Positions 1 to 10,025 of a stretch of 64,000 bases of DNA are shown here, piece after piece. Below the pieces are notes generated by a model. That model saw nothing but the letters and a program-made list of their open reading frames with translations. It was not told where the DNA came from and searched no databases. How positions within the stretch are numbered: the first letter of the stretch is position 1; each line of letters starts with the position of its first letter. The position numbers were made by a program, and so were the translations under genes. Origin of the DNA: Macrostomum lignano (Eukaryota). The DNA lies in NCBI GenBank assembly GCA_002269645.1, contig NIVC01002392.1, positions 1 to 64,000 of the forward strand, read 5' to 3'.

Positions 1-1044
1 TATGGTTGTCCTGCTGTCTAGCACAGTGATTTGGGCTCTCCGTCTTCCAACTGGAAGCCTTCTATTTGCTCTTAGTAGCGTAGGTATGCTGCCACCAGTT
101 CCTTCAGCGGTCTCGGCCTTGGGTGAGGTGAGCTTCCCGTCGGAACGAAATAACAAGTCAACGAATCTCAGCACAGCGTGCAGATTTGCAGATTAATGAA
201 ACAAGGCGTCCTGCGTCAGGCAGATCCTGCTGCTCAGGGGGTGACTGGGAAGGCATGCTAGCCTCCCTTAGGCTTGGGCGTCTAAGTTAGTCAGGCCAAT
301 GGGTAACTGAACGAAGTCAACAAGAAGAAGAAAAGAAGACAATAAGAAGACTACATTCGACAACTAGGAGATAAGAAGACAAATTCTTGACTGAACCAAG
401 GGTGAGGGGCACGTTATTTATAGGCAGGAAATCCCCGCCTGCGCCAGTGCTGCGCCGGCCTCGTGACGACTCTGGTCTATTTTAGAAATGACGTCACTCT
501 CTGCCTTAGAGAAGCAGAGTCTGCGGGTATAGTGCACAGGGCGATGACTCAGTATCTATTTTTAGAAACATGAGTCACCTATTACCTTAGAGAAGGCAAG
601 GGCCCCGAAGCACGTGATTCCTCCTGTAAACACGGGCCAACGAGTGCAGTAAGCATATTAACTGCACTTTAGGACTTCGAGAAAACAAGACTTGTCAGGT
701 GACTTGCTTACATGACAAGGGAAACAGGCCGCCAGCGTGACCTCAGGACAGGAACGAACGCAGCGCAGGCCACAGCAGAGAAGCTCGTGACTGCAAGCAA
801 GAGCGCAGAGAAGAGGGGGGCGCCAGAGAACAGGCAGCAAAAGGGGAGGGAGGCTGCCCAGCGGCGGGTAAAGTGCAGACAGCAAACCCAGGGCGAGGGC
901 GAGGGCGAAGGAAGCTGCTGACAATAGTGCGACGCCTAACACCAAACTAGCGGATCACTACACATAGACGAAAGCGCATAGCAATGATTCTATCGCGCTC
1001 AAGCGCTAATAACACTAACACTCAAAAATCGTGCAGAATAATAT

Positions 1045-3259
1045 TGATGTAACGCCCTTGTCGCCTGTCCGCTCCGTAGAGAGACGAACGCATGGCTAGA
1101 GGGGGCAATGACCGTAGGCTGCCTATGACCGGGCAATGACCTGACGGACCTCCAGCACCAGACTGTCCCGCCCACATGATTAGTAGCTTTGGTAGCGCTT
1201 CGTGACCAGAGGGCCAAGGACCCACATGGACCCCACCTGTAGCCAAGGTGCAATAGTTGGTCACTCGGTCATGGTATGACCGAGTGGCTGCCACCACTCT
1301 ATGTGACCTGGCGCACCTGGATCTTTCTACCAGACCTCTCGAGGCTAGAGCCCCGCCTGGATTGGTTACCAGGGGATTTAGGCTAACAGGGGAGACGCAT
1401 GCAGCCGAGTACAGGGACTCTGCTTGGGGCATGATCGGGAACTCTGGCTCAATCCTGGAGGATTTCTCAGCAGGGGATCCTTTGTGGCTGTGAGCGAGGC
1501 TGACTTGCGACTTTGATTACTAAGAGTAGTATGAGGCGAACATGTACTGTCTACAGTTTAGATTGCTCAGGGCGAAGGGACGCGTTAGCATGGGGTTGCA
1601 ACCTTCCTACTGCCATTCTGTGCCAAGACTCGCTAATCCCTCTACTGCACGCACACGCGGCCCCGCAGCACGCACTCACAGGCGGGCTTTGCACGGGGAG
1701 AGGCCATTAGCTTACCCAAACTTCCTTATGCTTTGCCACCCCGGGAGAAAGGCTTAGCAAGCCATGAGTGAAATGATGGTGAAAGATTGAATAATGATGA
1801 AGTTAGTTAATAGTTAATAATTAGGCCCTTAGGCAAATAAGCAGGCAATTAGGCGGCTTCACTATTGAGTAAAATACAGCAAAAGATACGGTATCACAAT
1901 TGGCTCAGCTCTCTAATCAGACAATGGAAAATAGGCAAACCCCGGATAAGCAAAGGCAATTAGAGCACAAATTAGTAGTAGGAACTTACCGGCAGCTGCA
2001 CAGAGAGAGAGAGAGGCGGAGTGACCGAGGGCGGCTGTAGGCTGCAGTCAGGCAGACGGTGAAGCGGCGATGCGCTGGAGCGACGAGGCGCTGATGTAGA
2101 TCAGGCGATGCTGATGATGCTGGGCGGTATCAGACCGCTGGCCGATAGGCGAGCTCACTTGGGGAGCTAAGGATAACTTGGCGGTAACAGACCGCGGACC
2201 GGCAGGGATTCGTCTTATAGACGAATGGGTCAGAACTCAATCTGACAGCAAGTCCAAAGAAGGACGAGGAGAGGAACAGAGATAAACTCAGTTGAGTATT
2301 CTCATGCCGAAATCGCTTCCTTTTATAGACCTCACAGCCGCCTCCTCAAGGTCGTTACCATGGCTCCCTCTCTCTGATTGGCTGCCGGCAGAATGACGTC
2401 AGAATGAGTCATGATGAGAAGCATGAGACCGGCATAGCAACATGAGAAATCGGGAAATTGCGCAATCCGGAGGTGGGGTGGGGGATAATTGGCGCAGCGG
2501 GTGGTCGCGAAAGTGTTGCGCAAGCAAACATTGAGAACAATAGGGCTGGGGTCGAGAACAAAGGAATTGGAAAACGGGGATAATTGGGGAAAACTGAGAA
2601 CAATGGAAAAGTAAACATTGGAGAAAAGGTGATAATTAGGTGCGAAAACGAGAACAAAAGAAAGAGAAAATCGGAGAAAATGTGATAATTGGTGGGGGTC
2701 GAGAGAACAAAAGAAGCAAAAACGAGAACAATAGAAGCGGAGGTGGGGTGGGTGTCACATGAGAAATTTGGGAAGGAGAACAATAGCGTGAGAAAAGGTT
2801 GCGCAAGAGAGGGGGATGAGTCATCGATGAGTCACCGAGGGGGAGAAGGGGTCACACGACTTGCGTCACCGTTTGGGAGTTTGAGAGGGGATGGGGAGAC
2901 GGTGAGCACACAAAGTACTGTAAGTAGACACAGGGAAAGAGGGGACAGCGCAGGAAAAGAGTGCAGAGGGAGACAAAAAAAAGGAGGAGGTAGAGAAAGT
3001 ACAGGAAGAATAGGGCGGGAACAGAAGAGATAGGGTAGAGGGGGAGGTACAGAAAGGGGTAGGGGCTCCGGAAAGGCAGGTGTGGCGGCAGGAGAGACGG
3101 GACCAAGGCAGCAGGAGGGGTGCAGCAGAGCGGGAGTCTCCAGGCCCGGTCGGAGACCTGGCCGAGTCTCGACAGCTCTGTGCAGAGGGTGCACGGGATA
3201 GGAGGCACTTTCGAAAAAGTTCCCATGCCCTATCCCGCGACCAGAGCGTGGTTACATCA
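1045..3259 (-). repeat. 3' LTR (2215 bp) of the gag-pro element
   Basis: TG...CA with 9-bp terminal inverted repeat; TATAAAA on minus strand at 2327-2321; near-identical to 10026-12241 (differences seen are mostly homopolymer indels). Confidence 0.93.
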
Positions 3260-3270
3260 CACCCCCACTG
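3260..3270 (-). promoter_or_regulatory. Polypurine tract
   Basis: Minus strand AGTGGGGGTG immediately before the 3' LTR start TGATG. Confidence 0.6.
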
Positions 3271-5727
3271 CCTTTTGTGACGGAACTGGTTCCGTCATCA
3301 TCACTGCCCAACATGGAACCACACAGACGGGAGCGGGACCTCAACCGAACGTGAAATCACAGAATTAACAAACCGCGAGCGGGAATGGAAAAAAGGCGAT
3401 AAAATAGAGGGGATAGCAATAAATTCACAAAACGAGATACATAGGTTGGAGTGCAATACAGAATTTCAAAAATTTCAACTGTTGCTGTGGCTAAAGTGGG
3501 AGGGGGAAACACAGACAGCGCAATAGTAGGGAGAAAAATAGCGAATTGTCAACAATAAATTATCATAATTGGATAGAAGCGCAGCTGGGAAAGAGAGGAA
3601 ACGGGGAAGGGTGAGGGAAGTGGGGAAAAAGAAGGGGGGAAGGGTTGCTAGCACACAGCCAAGGGCAGAGCCTCGGGGAGAATGACGATTACACAGGGGA
3701 AAAATACTAATGCAGCGCAGTAAATTAATAAGCTAATTTCGCCGGGAGTTCAACCGCACGGAGGCCTAGCGTCCTTGAAGGCTCGGACCCCGCTTCAGCC
3801 AGTCAGAGGGCTTCGGGGCGATCGGTTGTAGGCTGGGAGGCGCCGCGTCGTGCGCTGGCCACTGTATAAAAGGCGCCACTGATAACGGGAGCCGGCTGCC
3901 TGCAACCTACACGGAGTCGCAGTTTCCAACCAAGGCACTCAGCGCGATTTTCCAAACTATACAACTACTCGGTAAGTCCCATCACCATCCTGATTTCCTT
4001 TCGCCTATACGTTAAACGAAATCTACCCACTCGCCATGCCTTTCGTTTTAAACTGAGCCAATTGCAGTAATAATATATGGCCTTTCTTACGGTAAAAGTA
4101 GTGAGCAGCCAACACAGAGCCATTTTTAGGAATTTTTAGAATAATGACACAACAATGACTCGTATATTGGTTATTAAAGTTTAAAAATGAATATTATGGA
4201 AGAACCGAATATTAATAGGATAATTTCACACACACACACACGACAAACACACAACGCAAGGGGGCGGAAAGGCGGGTCGGACCGGCCGGCGGACGTCGCT
4301 CAGCAGGCAGAAGCATCCTTACTCGAAATGGGCCTCTTGATTTAGCTGGTACGGGCCATATGCCCGCTGCCACCATTTTGAGAGAGGTTGCTAGGGAAAA
4401 CTGCCACCAATTGTACATTAACAGGGAAGAGAAAGAGGGAACCCGTCACCATTAGAGTGGATTGCCCGGGGAAACTGCCACATTTGCCCTTCTACCAGAG
4501 GAGAGGAAGACGAAAAACTGCCATCACTTAGAGGTGTATCATTAAAAGAAGGCGGGGAAGAAGGCTACCACTACTTGATCACCTAGAGCTCAAGGGAAGG
4601 AGAGGGAATGAAGAAAGGAAGAAACCCCCAGGAAGGCCACTACCACACGCCATAAAGTTAAAATCCCCATCTATCTACATCCTAATACCCGGCTAGTTCC
4701 CTACTTCTATTTCATCCCTTAAATTCTCATTTTCAGGATTCCGGCCGCTAGTAGCCGAGCCCATCCTTGAAGAGGAGTCCGACTACGAAGCGCCCGAAGA
4801 CAGCCATTCAGAGCCGGACGCCCCCTCTGATTCTGGGCCGGCTGCGCCATCTGGTGCATAGGCGCCGCGGCTCCCGGGCCATGCGACCGCCGGGCCGCCA
4901 GCGAACCAGCGTCCGGGGCCGGTTGGCATCCGGTACCACCGCCGTTGTCAGCCCGAGCGCACGCTCCGCCGCCGGTCGCCGCGGTGACGCCCGTGGCTGC
5001 CGCTCCACAGCCCTTGCCAACCCCTGTGGTGGAGACCGACGGCTCCTGGCATTTGGTCGTGCTGTCGACGGCCCTAATAGCCGGTCTCACAATGCACTGG
5101 CTACTGCTCTTGGAGCTATTTCTGCGGCTTCCCAACTGCTGATGCTGGTGGTTCTTAATGCTTACTTACTAATTCTGAACTATCTGTCCCCATAACTTGA
5201 CTTTAATTACTTACCTGACTTTACATTGACTAAACCACTGGCCTACTCTAAACTAATTGCTGCCCCATTTGCCTGATAAACTTAATTACATTGAAGCCCC
5301 CCCCTATTGCCTCATCGAAACCAATTAAAAGTTTCCCAAAATCGGACTTTCACAAAGTGTGAACAAACACACGAAATCAGACCTAAAGGTGCTAATTTCC
5401 TACGGTCCCAGACTTCCATTGTTCCCAGAAAATCTTGAACAGCGGGGCAGGACCTCCTGTGGAGCAGACCCATAGAAATTTTACTAGTTTCCAAGTTAAT
5501 ATTTACTGATAGGGAATTAACGCATACTGTACGGGCCTAATTTTCGAGCTAAAATCTTAGATATTTAAACAACACCAACGAGCACGAGGTCACAACATAA
5601 ATTCGAGTAATAGAGGGCATACGTAAATACGCGAAAAGCGGTCTCCAACGGGGCAACACGAGCAAAATTTCGACACGCGAATCGGGGGGGGGATTAAGCA
5701 ATCACTGGCTAGCTACCGATCTGTTAC

Positions 5728-6108
5728 TCAGCGGGGGTCGAATGGGAGACTCACACCTAGCAAGTAAACCTTTTCTGTTCGATAGTCTATGATAGCATGC
5801 GTACTGGCTAGAAAAGCACTACCCAGGAGGGAAACTGCTGCTGAATTGCCAACGACCAGAAAGAGGATTCTCACCTCTTCTAGCCCAATAACTGCTGTGA
5901 GGGTGGCCTGGCCTAGCATCTCTAATTCATTGCCCGTGTAGGACACGGCCTTCACACATGGGGGCTCCAGGGCCTCCACACTCTGTCCGGTAATTTTAGT
6001 AAAGTCTTTGACTGTTAGCAAAGACAGCGCACTGCCCCCATCTACCAGGAGGCGGGTGGGAACATTCTCAATTGGCAACTCTACAACAATATCTCTCCCG
6101 CGTTGTCC
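5728..6108 (-). CDS. pro: Retropepsin aspartic protease, ends with a stop; no downstream RT
   Basis: Motifs LLVDGGSALSLL (D-T/S-G variant), flap SYTGNELEMLG, LLGSAFL; stop at 5728-5730. Confidence 0.85.
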   Translation of the reverse strand, partial: GQRGRDIVVELPIENVPTRLLVDGGSALSLLTVKDFTKITGQSVEALEPPCVKAVSYTGNELEMLGQATLTAVIGLEEVRILFLVVGNSAAVSLLGSAFLASTHAIIDYRTEKVYLLGVSLPFDPR

Positions 6109-6192
6109 TCAGCTGGTCTTGGCTGATAGAAATCGGGTACCTTCTCAAATCTAAACTTCTTGCTGGGCGGACGTGGCAGGTTAAGCTGGGCC

Positions 6193-7674
6193 CTAGAGAG
6201 GGAACGGGGCTGAGTTCGGGCCGGGCCATTCAGCCCTCCCACGGGTTTCCCGAACCCGGGGCTCTTCAGGCGTGGAAGGAGGAGGCATCAGAGCTTGCGC
6301 GCGCAGCTGGGCGAGCCTCTCCTGCCTCTCCCTGGTAGCCTCGTCTAACATATCTCTGCCCCACTCCTCTAAATCTTGCCTATGGCGATCAGGTGGCGCA
6401 CGAAGCTGCAATTGCTGCTGCTGCACACCCGGCGCCGGCGGCGTGGGCGCCTCCTGAATTGCAAGCGGCGGGGGCTGGGGTTGGCGCCAGTTCCTACTGC
6501 TATTAGAGCCGCCCTGCCCCTGCCTCCAGTTCCTGTTGGGAGTGGCGGGGCGAGGGGGCCTCATCTGCTGGGGCAGCTGGGCAACAGACTCTGCTGTCGC
6601 CTTCATAGTTTCATTGAGCTGCACCAGCTGGTTGCGCAGATCCTTTTGCGTTTGCTCTAGCGCGCCCAACCTCTCTTGCATCTCTGATAGGCCGTCACCG
6701 TCCTCCTCCGTCTCGTCAGCTTCCTGGTTCACCATCCTGACCCACTTGCGAGGGGGCCTGGGTGGCTGCTGAGGTTGCAGACGGACTTCGGTGCGGGACT
6801 CAGACCTGGGCGGGCCACTACTGTCCCATTTCCCGGCTAAGTCTGCGGCTTCTAACAGGGCTTGCTGCTGTTCTAACACCTGCTCAATTGTCTGCCAGCG
6901 ACGGCTCAACAGATCTTGTCTGACCTGGCGGGGGAGCTTAGCGTGTTCCAAGTAGGTGTACACGATTTCTTGTTCTCTCTGCTCACCCTGAATCTGAGGA
7001 AACATGGCCGTTATCTGAGATCTTATCATAGCAGCAAAAGCACTATGTGATTGGCCGGGTTTCTGGCTCAGATTCTTCAGCTTATTTCTCTTAGCCAGAT
7101 CAGTGTTGGCCTCGCCCAACTGCTCTCCTAATCTAGATACGAACTGCTCAAAGGGCAATTGCCCGTCCAATCCTAAGGCTAAGTTCTGAAATTCACCTGG
7201 GAGGTGCGAGATGAGCACCTGCTTCCTAGCCTGATCTCCTACAGTTCTCTCCGCGTCCAGCTTGTAGATCATTCTCTCTACCCATTGCACAAAACAGTGT
7301 TCGCCGGGAGAGAACTTTTCTACGTAGATTTTCGGCCTCTGGGCGTCTTGGCCCATGTTTAGCTGGTTAAACGCATTGGCTATAGCGGCAACTAAGTCTC
7401 CTAGCTGCGGGACTGCCTGAGGAGGATTCTGGGCTGCGTCCGGGGGAGCAGCGGCGGCTGCTGCGTCACCCTGATTGGGAGCGGGAGCTGCTACTCCTTC
7501 ATCTGGTTCCTCAACTACTACTGCTTCTGGAGGCTGAGGGACCTGGTTACCAGCGGCTGCGGCCATTGCGGCTGCGGGGGCGGCAACTGCTGGGGTGTCA
7601 GCGGCCGAGGGTGGTTGACCAGGGGCGTCTGCGCACACAGCTTCTACGACCCTATCTCCACGCGCCCGTGACAT
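6193..7674 (-). CDS. gag: Gag-like capsid protein (493 aa), Ty3/Gypsy type
   Basis: Long ORF in the gag position of the element; capsid-like core (KIYVEKFSPG..FVQWVERM...RKQVLISHLPG), coiled-coil and Pro/Gln-rich tail; no CCHC knuckle seen. Confidence 0.8.
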   Translation of the reverse strand: MSRARGDRVVEAVCADAPGQPPSAADTPAVAAPAAAMAAAAGNQVPQPPEAVVVEEPDEGVAAPAPNQGDAAAAAAPPDAAQNPPQAVPQLGDLVAAIANAFNQLNMGQDAQRPKIYVEKFSPGEHCFVQWVERMIYKLDAERTVGDQARKQVLISHLPGEFQNLALGLDGQLPFEQFVSRLGEQLGEANTDLAKRNKLKNLSQKPGQSHSAFAAMIRSQITAMFPQIQGEQREQEIVYTYLEHAKLPRQVRQDLLSRRWQTIEQVLEQQQALLEAADLAGKWDSSGPPRSESRTEVRLQPQQPPRPPRKWVRMVNQEADETEEDGDGLSEMQERLGALEQTQKDLRNQLVQLNETMKATAESVAQLPQQMRPPRPATPNRNWRQGQGGSNSSRNWRQPQPPPLAIQEAPTPPAPGVQQQQLQLRAPPDRHRQDLEEWGRDMLDEATRERQERLAQLRAQALMPPPSTPEEPRVRETRGRAEWPGPNSAPFPL

Positions 7675-10004
7675 GTGAATGCCGGATAGCTGGGGGAGTA
7701 CCCACTACCGGGAAGGAAAAGAAAAGAAAACCGGGGCAACTACAGGTAAAGACCGAAAAGTTGACCCGAAACACACAAACACAGACAAAACTCACACACT
7801 TGCGGCGTCGAAGAAAACAATTTGAAAAACGGGTGGCTCCACATAATTCCATTTAGGCAGTCCTAACGGCTTCACTCGGCAAAGCACACTGACTCAAACT
7901 GCGGCTACCACTACCAGTTGTCTATGGCACATCCTGACAGGGAAAAATTGGCTATTCAGAGAGACTTGACCTTCATTTTGCGGCCATGCTAGGGAACCCA
8001 AATGCCGACCGTAAACGGACTTACGGCACCTGTACAAATTCTCCCCTAGGGTTGCGCGCCGGACCCCATTTCCTTAAGAAAGCTACTACGAAGAAGCGTT
8101 GGCGCCTGGACCCAAAAACCCAAGTGGCGGGAGCAATCCCCATGGAGGTCCTCCCACTTTACTGCCCTTGCACAGCCGGAAAACCGTCGGAGTCCAGTGG
8201 GGCTTCCACCTCAGGACTACCAATCTTGTACACGCAGCTTCACAAAAGGCGGGAATCCAGCTCCCCTACGTCTAGCAGAATCCACAAAAACCAAGACCTC
8301 CCCCTTCTGTTCAGAGCGAAGGCGCGCAGCGGGAGTCCAGACTAAACTGTCCCCGAAGTTTTCAGGTTAGGCGGATTACAAGCCTGAAACTCTCGCCCGC
8401 TTTCCTAGGATAAACAGACCTAAGTGAGTATCTTCCTGAAATGCTTGCCCCTCCGATACTCCACCTTTGCTGCAGCTCGAAATAGCATACTTGGGACCTT
8501 TATCTGATGGCGGAGAAAGTCCTACAGTTGTCAGCCTCTCCACTTTACTGTACTTGAACGCCCGGTTCTACCAGGAGACAGCGGTACCTCCATCTAGGTT
8601 ATTCCAAGTTGCCAGAGACGTCAACCCGTCTTATTGACCTTGCGGGGCACTGGGGTGGCACTCTATGTACCGGGGCTTTACATTAGGGGACTGCATGCAA
8701 CCCTGCGTCTAAGCGCTTAGTGGGCTGCAGTGGCCAGAGGGGAAAAGAGTTGCGCAATAGCGCCTTCCTGGGCCAGGCTGACAAGTCGGGCAGGAGCGCC
8801 GTTCTACCGGGTCGGGCTGATTGGCACACCCACCTCCCCTATCAGACTGACAGCAGGGGGAGGAATTACTAAAGGAGGAGAATGCAGCAGGAAACATTAC
8901 GAGATCACTGGGGGCCACCAGACTTCCAGTACACCATTCCAATACTCACTGAACTCCACTATCAATAGGATACTATGGGATCTACTATTTCCAGCCACTG
9001 CACCAGCCCAAATGCAACCAAAGCAGTTACTACCGGGTCTGCAATACAGTGGGGAGAGTCAGCAGACACGTTGGGATCGAATCCCAGCCATGAAGGCACC
9101 AGGGGTTACCGCAGAATTCAGGTCCGGGCTGATCGCAGGTATTCCATAGGAGGTGACACTTTTTTTAGCCCGAGATTTTTGAGTCACACTGATACCCTAC
9201 AGAGATACAATCACACCGCTATTCCCATTCCTGCGAGACTTTGGTATCCCCCAATGTTTCCAAGGCCATGACTACTGCTTCCCTTACTATGCATATATAG
9301 CGAGTTCCCCATAGCCCTTGATAGCTGTTCATTCTAATGGACAAACAAAACACGCTCCGGTCTCTACGCATTTCTAGGATTAACTGAGCGATCAGGGAGA
9401 GCGACTGTTACACTCCCCGAGTAAAAGAAAGAGGTAGGACAAAGGAAAGAAATGCTTCGCTTCCAGCTTCCCTGTGCTTGCGTGATGAGGCTTCCGTACC
9501 TGGCTGGCTGTCCACCTCAACACTCACACAGTTCTGCTGTAGGCTAGGCGAGAGAAAGAAAGGGAGGGGAAATAAAGCATATTACCATGAAATAGAAAGT
9601 GAGTCCGGAAAATTCACTTTCGCAGTTCTTCACACACTCCGTTACCAGGTAGCTATTCTGATTGTAATCAAATCCGCTCGTCTACCACTTCACACTTTCT
9701 AGCGCTGAAACTGATCGGCTAAATTAATTTTAAATTGAATCAGGGGCTTTTGGCGAATGAATGAATTTGGAAATTTCGAATGAATTGAACGAATTCGCAG
9801 CCCGAAAAATTTGAAAAGTTACATTAATATTTTTGGATTTTGTTGCCTCACGCCATGGGAGAAGAGAATGACGATTGGCGATTTTTACGATTGGTAGATT
9901 TAGACATGGCACTCTTTGCGCTTCGGCCACCATTCTGAGGGATGCCACAGGTGCGCTTGTCACATCTAAACCACCAGTCCGAAACTCAGCGCTGTTTGCA
10001 CCAG

Positions 10005-10022
10005 ATCCCACCGCTGCCACCA
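10005..10022 (-). promoter_or_regulatory. Primer binding site, tRNA-Leu
   Basis: Minus strand TGGTGGCAGCGGTGGGAT, 3 nt from the LTR; complementary to the 3' end of metazoan tRNA-Leu (AAG/TAG type, ...ATCCCACCGCTGCCACCA). Confidence 0.85.
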
Positions 10023-10025
10023 TTT

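Noticed and set aside
658-3368. Numerous short ORFs in the LTRs (also at 9966-12253, 16261-17856, 24863-26012)
   Set aside because: Short, overlapping on both strands, and not frame-conserved in the diverged solo LTR.
8730-9149. Possible dUTPase or env in the LTR element
   Set aside because: The five dUTPase motifs are absent; no signal peptide, furin site or TM arrangement; wrong strand.
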